Source: an uncultured Oscillospiraceae bacterium (GTDB lineage: Bacteria > Bacillota > Clostridia > Oscillospirales > Oscillospiraceae). From it: DNA of 64,000 bases. A model generated the notes under the pieces. It searched no databases. It had not been told where the DNA came from and was given only the letters and a program-made list of their open reading frames with translations. The position numbers and the translations under genes were made by a program. Each line of letters begins with the position of its first letter. Positions within the stretch are counted from its first letter, which is position 1. Shown piece by piece: positions 1 through 8,329 of the stretch. The stretch spans positions 3,826 through 67,825 of the forward strand of contig CALXCT010000041.1 of the NCBI GenBank assembly GCA_944386865.1, read 5' to 3'.

Positions 1-43
1 TGCTGTCGCTCTCCTTTTGCCTTATTGTGTTTTGTTCTGCGAC

Positions 44-73
44 ATTATATTCCCAGACTTGCAAAATTGCAAG
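44..73 (-). promoter_or_regulatory. Putative sigma-A promoter reading leftward out of the window, overlapped by a 16-bp perfect palindrome
   Basis: On the minus strand: -35 TTGCAA (72..67), 17-nt spacer, -10 TATAAT (49..44). An AAAGGAGAG Shine-Dalgarno-like run (19..11) follows just before the window edge. The palindrome CTTGCAAAATTGCAAG lies at 58..73. Confidence 0.4.
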
Positions 74-160
74 CGTTTCTTTCTACATAACCTCAAATTT
101 GAAAAATGCGCCATAACAAGATGCAAAGATTGTGGTTTTTGTGGCATTCTGCCCGTCCGG

Positions 161-817
161 TCAGCGGATCATGTCCTCCAGGATGCCGGGACGGAGCACG
201 CGGATGGTCCGATAGCCCAGGGAAATGACCCCATCGGCCTTCAGCCGGCCCAGGATCCGGCTGACAGTGACCCGGCTCACGCCCGCCGCGCTGCCCAGAA
301 ATTCATGGGTGCAGGTGATCTCCTCTCCCCCCTCCCCTCCAAGGGACAGCAGAAGCCGCGCCACCCGCTGCTCCGCGCTGTAAAAGGCCATGTCGTCCAC
401 ATGGGTGGACAGCTGCCGCACTGTTCTGGCCAGGTAACGGATGAGGGCCATGGCCAGCGCCGGGTCCTCAGACAGGACCCGGTCGGCTTGAGCCTTGTCG
501 ATGGCGATGATGGAGCATCTGGTCAGCGCGATGGCGGAGGAGACCCGGGGCTGCCCGTCAAAGAAGGCTGCCTCCCCTAAAATATCGCCGGCGCGGTACA
601 GCGTGAGGATACGCTCTCCCCCCTCCTCCGAGGTGAGAAAGGTCTTCACGCTGCCCTGCACGATATAGTAAAAATGCGTCGCCCGGGAGTCCTGAAGGTA
701 GATCACCTGCCCCGGCTGGTAGGTCTGGGGCTCCAGCCCCTCCGCCAGCCGCCGCCAGGCCCCCGCCTGCGCCCCGTCCGCCTCGCCACGGAAAAATTCA
801 TATCCCTTCGCGCTCAT
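161..817 (-). CDS. Crp/Fnr family transcriptional regulator (cNMP-binding domain plus C-terminal HTH)
   Basis: The ORF 161..910 shows a cNMP-binding-like core (GDILGEAAFFDG.PRVSSA) and a C-terminal HTH (GVSRVTVSRILGRLK). I chose the ATG at 817 (MSAKGYEFF) because AGGAGGGGAGA lies immediately upstream. Confidence 0.85.
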   Translation of the reverse strand: MSAKGYEFFRGEADGAQAGAWRRLAEGLEPQTYQPGQVIYLQDSRATHFYYIVQGSVKTFLTSEEGGERILTLYRAGDILGEAAFFDGQPRVSSAIALTRCSIIAIDKAQADRVLSEDPALAMALIRYLARTVRQLSTHVDDMAFYSAEQRVARLLLSLGGEGGEEITCTHEFLGSAAGVSRVTVSRILGRLKADGVISLGYRTIRVLRPGILEDMIR

Positions 818-930
818 TGTCTCCCCTCCTGTCGGATTTCCCGTCCTGATTGTAACACGGTTTACATTCTTTCCGCAAGGAGTCTGGGATAATAAAGAGG
901 AACAATTCATCCTGAAAGGGAGGTTTTTTC

Positions 931-2190
931 ATGGGAATGACCATGACTCAGAAGATCCTGGCCCGCTGCGCGGGGCTGGATGAGGTGAAGGCGGGCCAGC
1001 TGATCGAGGGCCGGCTGAGCCTGGTGCTGGGCAACGACATCACCACACCGGTGGCCATCACCGAGTTTGACAAGGCCGGCCTGACCTCGGTGTTCGACCG
1101 GGACAAGATCGCCATCGTGCTGGACCACTACACCCCGTGCAAGGACATCAAGGCGGCCCAGCTGTGCGCCGCCGCCCGGAAGTTTGCCAAGCGCTTCTCC
1201 ATCACCCACTTCTACGACGTGGGCCAGGTGGGCGTGGAGCACGCCCTGATCCCGGAAAAGGGCCTGGCCGCCCCCGGTGAGGTCATCATCGGGGCTGACT
1301 CCCACACCTGCACCTACGGCGCCCTGGGCGCCTTCTCCACCGGCGTGGGCTCCACCGACATGGCCGCGGGCATGGCCACCGGCCTTGCCTGGTTCAAGGT
1401 GCCCTCCGCCATCAAGGTGACCCTCACTGGCTCCTTCCGGCCCAATGTCAGCGGCAAGGACGTGATCCTGCACCTGATCGGCCTGATCGGGGTGGACGGC
1501 GCGCTGTACCGCTCCCTGGAGTTCAGCGGAGACGGCGTGGCCGCGCTGGACATGGACGACCGCTTCACCATCTGCAACATGGCCATCGAGGCTGGCGCCA
1601 AGAACGGCATCTTCCCGGTGGATGAAAAGACCCTGGCCTATCTGGACGGACGGGTCAGCCGTCCCTTCCAGGCCTTTGAGCCCGACCCCGACGCCGTATA
1701 CGAGCGGGAGGTGGTCATCGACCTGAACACGCTGGAGCCCACAGTCTCCCTGCCCCACCTGCCCTCCAACACCAAGACGGTGAGCGAGGTGGCCGGCATG
1801 CCCATCCAGCAGGTGGTCATCGGCTCGTGCACCAACGGCCGCATCAAGGACCTGCGGGAGGCCGCCGCCATCCTCAAGGGCCGCAAGGTCGCCGACGGAG
1901 TGCGCTGCATCGTCATTCCTGCCACCCAGGAGATCATGCTCCAGGCCGTGGCCGAGGGGCTGGTGCAGACCTTTATCGAGGCGGGCGCCGCGGTATCCAC
2001 TCCCACCTGCGGCCCCTGCCTGGGCGGCCACATGGGCGTGCTGGCTGACGACGAGGTGGCCGTGGCCACCACCAACCGCAACTTCGTGGGCCGCATGGGA
2101 CCCGTCAGCTCCAAGATCATCCTCTCCAACCCCGCGGTGGCCGCCGCGTCCGCGGTGGCCGGCTGCGTGGCCGACCCCAACAAGCTCTGA
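931..2190 (+). CDS. leuC: 3-isopropylmalate dehydratase large subunit (aconitase-family, ~419-aa type)
   Basis: Aconitase-family motifs are present ([30 protein letters not shown]). GGGAGG lies 7 nt upstream of the ATG. The small subunit and leuB follow. Confidence 0.9.
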   Translation: MGMTMTQKILARCAGLDEVKAGQLIEGRLSLVLGNDITTPVAITEFDKAGLTSVFDRDKIAIVLDHYTPCKDIKAAQLCAAARKFAKRFSITHFYDVGQVGVEHALIPEKGLAAPGEVIIGADSHTCTYGALGAFSTGVGSTDMAAGMATGLAWFKVPSAIKVTLTGSFRPNVSGKDVILHLIGLIGVDGALYRSLEFSGDGVAALDMDDRFTICNMAIEAGAKNGIFPVDEKTLAYLDGRVSRPFQAFEPDPDAVYEREVVIDLNTLEPTVSLPHLPSNTKTVSEVAGMPIQQVVIGSCTNGRIKDLREAAAILKGRKVADGVRCIVIPATQEIMLQAVAEGLVQTFIEAGAAVSTPTCGPCLGGHMGVLADDEVAVATTNRNFVGRMGPVSSKIILSNPAVAAASAVAGCVADPNKL

Positions 2191-2206
2191 TTTGGAGGTA
2201 AGCACA

Positions 2207-2692
2207 ATGAAGCTCTATCAGTACGGCGACAATGTGGATACCGACGTGATCATCCCCGCCCGGTACCTCAACGCCCCCGATGAAAAGTCCCTGGCCTCTC
2301 ACTGCATGGAGGATATCGACGACAAATTCGCCTCCACCGTGGAGCCTGGCGACATCATCGTGGCGGGCAGCAACTTCGGCTGCGGCTCCTCCCGGGAGCA
2401 CGCCCCCATCTCCATCAAGGCCTGCGGCGTGAAATGCGTCATCGCCAAGAGTTTTGCCCGCATCTTCTACCGCAACGCCATCAACATCGGTTTCCCCATC
2501 ATGGAGTGCCCGGAGGCGGTGGACGGCATCTCCGCCGGCGACAAAGTTTCGGTGGACTTTGCCACCGGCGTGATCGTCAACAAGACCACCGGCGCCAGGT
2601 TCCAGGCCGCCCCCTTCCCCGCCTTTGTCAACGGCATCATTGAGCACGGCGGGCTGCTCAACTCTCTGAAAGCGCGAGGTGTTGCGAAATGA
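2207..2692 (+). CDS. leuD: 3-isopropylmalate dehydratase small subunit
   Basis: The product reads [21 protein letters not shown]...[14 protein letters not shown] (aconitase swivel domain). GGAGG lies 8 nt upstream of the ATG at 2207. Confidence 0.9.
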   Translation: MKLYQYGDNVDTDVIIPARYLNAPDEKSLASHCMEDIDDKFASTVEPGDIIVAGSNFGCGSSREHAPISIKACGVKCVIAKSFARIFYRNAINIGFPIMECPEAVDGISAGDKVSVDFATGVIVNKTTGARFQAAPFPAFVNGIIEHGGLLNSLKARGVAK

Positions 2693-3765
2693 ATTACAAG
2701 ATTGCTGTCATCAAGGGCGACGGAGTCGGCCCTGAGATCGTCACCGAGGCCATGGGCGTGATCGAGGCCGTTGGCAGAAAGTTCGGCCACACCTTCACCT
2801 TTGATGAGCTGCTGCTGGGCGGCTGCGCCACCGACGCGGTGGGCAAGTCCTACCCCGACGGCACCGCCGAGCGCTGCAAGGCCTGCGACGCGGTGCTGCT
2901 GGGCGCGGTGGGCGGTCCCAAGTGGGGCCCCGACAAGCCTGCCGAGCAGCGGCCGGAGACCGCCCTGCTGGCCATCCGGAAAGATCTGGGCCTGTACGCC
3001 AACCTGCGCCACGCCACCCTCCGCCCCGCCCTGGTGGACTACTCTCCCCTGAAGAAGGAGACGGCGGAAAAGGGCATCGACATCATGATGGTCCGCGAGC
3101 TGATCGGCGGCATCTATTTCGGCAAGCGGGACCGCTATCAGACCCAGGACCGGGGCGTGGAGTGCACCGACCTGATGGCCTATTCCGAGGCGGAGATCGA
3201 GCGCATCGGCCGGCGCGCCTTTGAGCTGGCCCGGCTGCGCCGGAAGAAGGTGGCCTCGGTGGACAAGGCCAACGTGCTGGAGACCTCCCGCCTGTGGCGC
3301 GAGGTGATGCACCGCATCGCCGCCGACTATCCCGACGTGGAGCTGACCGACGTGCTGGTGGACAACTGTGCCATGCAGCTGGTGCGGGACCCCTCCCAGT
3401 TCGACGTGATCGTCACCGAGAACATGTTTGGCGACATTCTGTCCGACGAGGCCTCCATGGTCACCGGCTCGCTGGGCATGCTGCCCTCCGCCTCCATCGG
3501 CTCCGAGGCACCCGGGCTGTATGAGCCTATCCACGGCTCCGCTCCCGACATCGCGGGCCAGGACAAGGCCAACCCCATCGCCACCATCCTCTCGGTGGCC
3601 ATGATGTTCCGCTACTCCTTCCACCTGGCCGACGAGGCCGCCGCCATCGAGGCCGCAGTGGACAAGGCCCTGGCCGACGGCTGGCGCACCGCCGATATCG
3701 CCAAGCCCGGCGAGCAGGCCATCGGCTGCCGGAAGATGGGCGAGATCATCCGCAACAACATCTGA
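2689..3765 (+). CDS. leuB: 3-isopropylmalate dehydrogenase
   Basis: The product reads [17 protein letters not shown]...[36 protein letters not shown] (isocitrate/isopropylmalate dehydrogenase signature). It overlaps the leuD stop by 4 nt. Confidence 0.93.
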   Translation: MNYKIAVIKGDGVGPEIVTEAMGVIEAVGRKFGHTFTFDELLLGGCATDAVGKSYPDGTAERCKACDAVLLGAVGGPKWGPDKPAEQRPETALLAIRKDLGLYANLRHATLRPALVDYSPLKKETAEKGIDIMMVRELIGGIYFGKRDRYQTQDRGVECTDLMAYSEAEIERIGRRAFELARLRRKKVASVDKANVLETSRLWREVMHRIAADYPDVELTDVLVDNCAMQLVRDPSQFDVIVTENMFGDILSDEASMVTGSLGMLPSASIGSEAPGLYEPIHGSAPDIAGQDKANPIATILSVAMMFRYSFHLADEAAAIEAAVDKALADGWRTADIAKPGEQAIGCRKMGEIIRNNI

Positions 3766-3775
3766 ATTTCATTGC

Positions 3776-3822
3776 AAAAAGCCGTGGAGGGCAGCACTTG
3801 GCTGCCCTCCACGGCTTTTTTT
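3776..3822. terminator. Bidirectional intrinsic terminator between convergent leuB and spoIVA
   Basis: A 15-bp perfect stem, GCCGTGGAGGGCAGC (3781..3795) paired with GCTGCCCTCCACGGC (3801..3815), is flanked by A5 on the left and T7 on the right. Confidence 0.8.
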
Positions 3823-3824
3823 CT

Positions 3825-5303
3825 TTACAGGATGATGCAGATCAGCCCTCCGGACCCCTCGTTGATGATGCGCTGCAGCGTCTCCTGCAGTTTGGTGCGG
3901 GCATCCTCCGGCATCCGCTTCACCTTCAGGTTCAGATCCTCACTGACCAGCTCATAGAAGGATTTGCCGAAGATGTTGGTCTGCCAGATCTTGGTGGTGT
4001 CCCCCTCAAACTCCTGGAGCAGGTAGTTGACCATCTCCTCGCTCTGCTTCTCGTTGCCCACGATGGGAGAGACCTCCGTCTCGATGTCCGCCCGGATCAT
4101 GTGGATGGAGGGTGCGCTGGCCTTCAGGCGGACCCCGTACCGTCCCCCCTGCTTGACGATCTCCGGCTCCTCCAACACCAGGTCGTCGGTAGAGGGCACC
4201 ACGATGCCGTAGCCCTTCTCCTGCACGTCCTGGAGGGCGTCTGCCACCCGGTCATAGGACTGCTTTACGCGGGACAGCTCGGTGAGCAGGGAGAGAAGAT
4301 CTCCGTCATCCCGAATCTGGAAACCGGACTGCTCCGAAATGGTGCTGTAAAAGAGGCTCCGGGGCAGCTCCAGCCGGGCGGAGGCAAGGCCGGTGCCCAA
4401 GTCGATGGACTGCACCTTCGCCTGGCTGACCTGCTCGCACTCGCCGATTGCGGCGATCACCCCGGCGATGTCCCGGATGCGGGTCATCTGGGCGGCGTGC
4501 TCCCGCACGGCGGCGTAGAGCGCGTGCTTGATGGGGTGCTCCCCGGGCAGGGCGTCCACCCAGGACGGCAGGAACAGGTCCAGCTCCTTGGCGGGGAACT
4601 CATAGAGCACCCCCCGGATGATCTCCCCGATCTCCTCCTCCCCGATCTCCAGGCAATTGGCCGCCAGGCAGGTCACGCCGTGCCTGCGCTCAATGTCCGC
4701 CCGGATGGCCTGGGCCCGCTCCGAGTTGGGCTGGGCCGAGTTGAGCACCACCAGGAAGGGCTTGCCCAGCTCCTTCAGCTCGGTGATGACCCGCTCCTCC
4801 GCCTCAAGATAGTCCTCCCGGGGGATCTCAGTGATGGTACCATCCGTCGTGACCACGATCCCGATGGTAGAGTGTTCCGCAATGACCTTCCGGGTGCCGA
4901 TCTCCGCCGCCTCGGTCATGGGGATCTCTTGGGGAAACCAGGGGGTGGTCACCATCCGGGGCTGGTCGTCCTCAAACTGGCCCACCGCCCCCTTCACCAT
5001 GTAGCCCACGCAGTCGATGAGACGCACCCGGAAGGAGAGGCCGGACTCCATGGCCACGTCCACCGCCTCCTCGGGAACGAACTTGGGCTCTGCCGTCATG
5101 ATGGTCCGGCCAGAGCCGCTCTGGGGCAGCTCATCTCTGGCCCTCTCCTTACGGTAGACGTTTTCGATGTTAGGGATGACCAGGGTCTCCATGAAGCGCT
5201 TGATGAAGGTGGACTTGCCGGTGCGCACAGGGCCCACCACTCCGATATAGATATCGCCGGAAGTACGAGTTGAGATATCCTGATAAATAGAAGTGTTCGT
5301 CAT
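3825..5303 (-). CDS. spoIVA: Stage IV sporulation protein A (spore coat morphogenetic ATPase)
   Basis: The N-terminus from the ATG at 5303 reads MTNTSIYQDISTRTSGDIYIGVVGPVRTGKSTFIKRFME (Walker A). The length of 492 aa is typical for SpoIVA. An AGGAG RBS lies upstream. Confidence 0.93.
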   Translation of the reverse strand: MTNTSIYQDISTRTSGDIYIGVVGPVRTGKSTFIKRFMETLVIPNIENVYRKERARDELPQSGSGRTIMTAEPKFVPEEAVDVAMESGLSFRVRLIDCVGYMVKGAVGQFEDDQPRMVTTPWFPQEIPMTEAAEIGTRKVIAEHSTIGIVVTTDGTITEIPREDYLEAEERVITELKELGKPFLVVLNSAQPNSERAQAIRADIERRHGVTCLAANCLEIGEEEIGEIIRGVLYEFPAKELDLFLPSWVDALPGEHPIKHALYAAVREHAAQMTRIRDIAGVIAAIGECEQVSQAKVQSIDLGTGLASARLELPRSLFYSTISEQSGFQIRDDGDLLSLLTELSRVKQSYDRVADALQDVQEKGYGIVVPSTDDLVLEEPEIVKQGGRYGVRLKASAPSIHMIRADIETEVSPIVGNEKQSEEMVNYLLQEFEGDTTKIWQTNIFGKSFYELVSEDLNLKVKRMPEDARTKLQETLQRIINEGSGGLICIIL

Positions 5304-5336
5304 GCTCGCTCCTCTTTTCCTTAGGTCTCTTGCTCC

Positions 5337-5365
5337 ACCATATGAGCGGGTGGACAGGAATATGC
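5337..5365 (-). promoter_or_regulatory. Possible sigma-E-type sporulation promoter for spoIVA
   Basis: The minus strand reads GCATATT-N14-CATATGGT about 30 nt upstream of the spoIVA start. This resembles the mother-cell sigma-E pattern (ATA...CATA-a-T). It rests on motif resemblance only. Confidence 0.3.
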
Positions 5366-5458
5366 CCGGGGTCGGGCTGAAAAAATAGGGACGAACGGAA
5401 CGCGGCGGCGCAAAACCGCGAAGGATGTCCGCCGGCACAGAAATATGGTCCTCCCCTC

Positions 5459-5487
5459 TTGCCAAGGGCGTCGGGATATGGTACAAT
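5459..5487 (+). promoter_or_regulatory. Sigma-A promoter for the riboswitch/ATPase transcript
   Basis: -35 TTGCCA (5459..5464), 17-nt spacer, TG-extended -10 TGGTACAAT (-10 hexamer 5482..5487). Confidence 0.55.
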
Positions 5488-5497
5488 GCTATACAGT

Positions 5498-5613
5498 TTG
5501 AAAAGGGAGTAGTTGCAAGCCGCCTTGTCAACAGCACGATGACCGCCGGACCTTCCGGCGCGACTCTGGCTCGGCGCGCCTCCGGACCCCTGCCGGTGGT
5601 AACAAGACTTTTC
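5498..5613 (+). promoter_or_regulatory. yybP-ykoY-type Mn2+ riboswitch aptamer
   Basis: The 5' block AAAAGGGAGTAG, the internal TTGTCAAC and the 3' block GTAACAAGACTTTTC match the conserved GGGGAGUAG / GUCAA / AGCAAGACCUUU blocks of the family. P1 has one compensatory G-C to A-U change. The element sits directly upstream of a P-type ATPase, a known genomic context. Confidence 0.62.
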
Positions 5614-5652
5614 GACAGAGCTGTATCGGCATCTGTCGGGAGGTCTTTTTTT
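5604..5652 (+). terminator. Riboswitch expression-platform terminator (attenuator)
   Basis: AAGAC(5604..5608)-TTTT-CGACAGA pairs with TCTGTCG-GGAG-GTCTT(5643..5647), followed by a run of T. The left arm re-uses the 3' P1 strand of the aptamer, so the two structures are mutually exclusive. Confidence 0.6.
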
Positions 5653-5706
5653 CTTTCCCGGCGGGAGCCGCCTCCCCACGGAGGAACCAGAAAGGTGCTG
5701 AAAAAT

Positions 5707-8319
5707 ATGAAAGAAACCTATTTCAACCAAAGCGGGCAGCAGGTCCTCAGCGAGCTGGGCGTGACCAGCGAGGGCCTCACCGGCGCCCAGGCCTCGGAAC
5801 GGCTGGCCCAATACGGCCCCAACCAGCTGGCTGAGGGCAAGAAAAAAAGCGTGCTCCAGGTCTTTGCCGGTCAGTTCAAGGATCTGCTGGTGGCCATCCT
5901 TATCGCGGCGGCGCTCATCTCCATGTTCTCCGGCAATCTGGAGAGCACGCTGGTGATCTTCGCCGTGCTCATCATGAACGCCGTTCTCGGCACCGTGCAG
6001 TATTTCAAGGCGGAGAAGTCCCTGGCAAGCCTTAAGGCCATGAGCGCGCCCTCCGCCAAGGTCCTGCGGGACGGTCAGCGGGTGGAGGTGCCAGGCCCGC
6101 AGGTCGTACCAGGCGATATCGTGGAACTGGAGGCGGGCGACCTGATCGTGGCCGACGGCCGGCTGCTCAACTGCTGGTCACTGAAGGTCAACGAGAGCTC
6201 CCTGACCGGCGAGAGTGAAGCAGTGGAGAAAATGAACGCCCCCATCGAGGGGGAAAACGTCCCCCTGGGCGACCAGAAAAACATGGTCTTCTCCGGCTCT
6301 CTGGTCACCTATGGGCGGGGCGTGATGGTGATCACCCAGACCGGCATGGAGACCCAGCTGGGCCGCATCGCAGCCCTGATGAACCAGACCCAGCAGCGCA
6401 AGACCCCCCTCCAGAAGAACCTGGACGATTTCTCCGGCAAGCTCGCCATGGTCATCATGGCCATCTGCGCCGGAGTGTTCCTGCTCTCAGTCTTCCGCAG
6501 CCACATGAGCATTCTGGACTCTCTGATGTTCGCCGTCGCTCTGGCAGTGGCCGCCATCCCTGAGGCGCTGAGCTCCATCGTCACCATCGTGCTGGCCATG
6601 GGCACCCAGAAGATGGCGCGGCAGAACGCCATCATCAAGGAACTCAAGGCGGTGGAGAGCCTCGGCTCCGTCCAGGTCATCTGTTCCGACAAGACCGGCA
6701 CCCTCACCCAGAACCGCATGACGGTGCAGCAGATCTGGGCGGACGGCAGTCTGGTCCGGGGCACCGACCTCGACCTTGCCAATGACGTGCAGCGCACCCT
6801 GCTGAAAATCGCCGTTCTGGACAGCGATGCCACCATGGACCACACCACCGGGGCTGCTGTGGGCGACCCCACCGAAGTAGCGCTGATCCAGCTGGGCAGC
6901 CGCTTCAGCGTGGATGAGCGGGTCTACCGCAGCCAGCATCCCCGGCTGGCCGAGCTGGCCTTCGACTCCGACCGCAAGCTGATGAGCACCCTGCACGACA
7001 CCGACGACGGCCCCACACTTTACACCAAGGGCGCTCTTGACGTGCTGCTGGACCGCTCCGTCTCGCTGATGACCGCCGCCGGCCCCGTCCCCATGACGGC
7101 GGAGCTGCGGCGGGAGATCGAGGAGGTGAACCGCCGTCTGTCCGAGGACGGGCTGCGGGTGCTCGCCTTTGCCAAGCGCCTGCGTCCGGGCGGAAGCCTG
7201 CTCACCCTGGAGGATGAGCGGGACTATACCTTTGTGGGCCTGATCTCCATGATCGACCCGCCCCGGCCGGAGAGCGTCCAGGCCGTGGCCGACGCCAAGC
7301 GGGCGGGGATCCGCACGGTGATGATCACCGGCGACCACAAGGTCACCGCCACCGCCATTGCCAAACAGATCGGCATCGCGGGCGAAGGCGATCTCTCCCT
7401 GTCCGGCGTGGAGCTGGACGGCATGTCTGACGCTGAGCTGGACGAGATCCTGCCCCGGGTGGCGGTGTACGCCCGTGTCTCTCCGGAGCACAAGATCCGC
7501 ATCGTCTCCGCCTGGCAGCGCCGGGGCTGCATCGCCGCCATGACGGGCGACGGGGTAAACGACGCGCCCGCGCTGAAAAAGGCGGACGTGGGCGTGGCCA
7601 TGGGCATCACGGGCACCGAGGTGAGCAAAGACGCCGCGGCCATGATCCTCGCCGACGATAATTTTGCCACCATCGTCAAAGCGGTGCTCAACGGCCGCAG
7701 CGTCTATGCCAATATCCGCAACGCGATCCAGTTTTTGCTCTCGGGAAATATGGCCGCCATCCTGGCGGTGGTGTATGCCTCCCTGGCTGGCCTGAGTGTG
7801 CCCTTCCAGCCGGTGCATCTGCTCTTTATCAATCTGCTCACCGACAGCCTGCCCGCCATCGCGCTGGGCATGGAGCCCGCCCGCTCCGGCCTGATGGACC
7901 AGAAGCCCCGCGATCCCAACGCCTCCATGATGGACCGGCCCATGCTCACCAAGGTGTTCGGCCAGGGCCTGATGATCGGCGTGGCTTCCATGACGGCGTT
8001 CTATATCGGCCTGTTCCAGTCCGGTCCCGCGCTGGCCAGCACCATGGCCTTTGCCACCCTGACTCTGGCCCGTCTGTTCCACGGCTTCAACTGCCGGGGG
8101 CCGGAGTCCATCTTCCGCCTGGGTCTGAGAAGCAACCCCTATTCCCTTCTGGCCTTCGCCGCGGGCGTTCTGCTGCTGGCTCTGGTGCTGTTCGTGCCGG
8201 TGCTGGAGCGTCTGTTCCTGGTGTCCGTCCTGACCGGCTTCGACCTGCTGTGCATCCTGCTGCTGGCCTTCGCGCCCACCCTGCTGATCCAGCTCTTCCG
8301 GCTGGTCGCCCGCCGCTGA
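5707..8319 (+). CDS. Cation-transporting P-type ATPase (P2-type, Ca2+/Mn2+ family; probable Mn2+ exporter given the leader)
   Basis: Motifs present: ICSDKTGTLTQNRM phosphorylation site, TGES, MITGDH, TGDGVNDAPALKKADVGVAMG. Start set at the ATG at 5707 (MKETYFNQS...); the upstream part of the ORF is the riboswitch. Confidence 0.9.
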   Translation: MKETYFNQSGQQVLSELGVTSEGLTGAQASERLAQYGPNQLAEGKKKSVLQVFAGQFKDLLVAILIAAALISMFSGNLESTLVIFAVLIMNAVLGTVQYFKAEKSLASLKAMSAPSAKVLRDGQRVEVPGPQVVPGDIVELEAGDLIVADGRLLNCWSLKVNESSLTGESEAVEKMNAPIEGENVPLGDQKNMVFSGSLVTYGRGVMVITQTGMETQLGRIAALMNQTQQRKTPLQKNLDDFSGKLAMVIMAICAGVFLLSVFRSHMSILDSLMFAVALAVAAIPEALSSIVTIVLAMGTQKMARQNAIIKELKAVESLGSVQVICSDKTGTLTQNRMTVQQIWADGSLVRGTDLDLANDVQRTLLKIAVLDSDATMDHTTGAAVGDPTEVALIQLGSRFSVDERVYRSQHPRLAELAFDSDRKLMSTLHDTDDGPTLYTKGALDVLLDRSVSLMTAAGPVPMTAELRREIEEVNRRLSEDGLRVLAFAKRLRPGGSLLTLEDERDYTFVGLISMIDPPRPESVQAVADAKRAGIRTVMITGDHKVTATAIAKQIGIAGEGDLSLSGVELDGMSDAELDEILPRVAVYARVSPEHKIRIVSAWQRRGCIAAMTGDGVNDAPALKKADVGVAMGITGTEVSKDAAAMILADDNFATIVKAVLNGRSVYANIRNAIQFLLSGNMAAILAVVYASLAGLSVPFQPVHLLFINLLTDSLPAIALGMEPARSGLMDQKPRDPNASMMDRPMLTKVFGQGLMIGVASMTAFYIGLFQSGPALASTMAFATLTLARLFHGFNCRGPESIFRLGLRSNPYSLLAFAAGVLLLALVLFVPVLERLFLVSVLTGFDLLCILLLAFAPTLLIQLFRLVARR

Positions 8320-8329
8320 ATTCCCGGCG

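Noticed and set aside
818-930. Possible T-box or leader-peptide attenuator upstream of leuC.
   Set aside because: The gap is only 113 bp, with no specifier or T-box sequence, no terminator hairpin and no Leu-rich mini-ORF visible.
907-2205. 432-aa ORF antisense to leuC. Similar long antisense or out-of-frame ORFs occur at 2467..3624, 3798..5273, 6487..8442, 8651..9556 and 10962..12323.
   Set aside because: The translations are low-complexity Gly/Ala/Arg/His/Pro-rich strings with no motifs. They lie exactly opposite genes with clear family signatures. Long stop-free antisense frames are expected at this GC content.
5425-5706. N-terminal 94-codon extension of the P-type ATPase ORF.
   Set aside because: The region carries a promoter, a riboswitch-like element and a terminator hairpin. 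The ATPase family N-terminus begins at MKETYF (5707).
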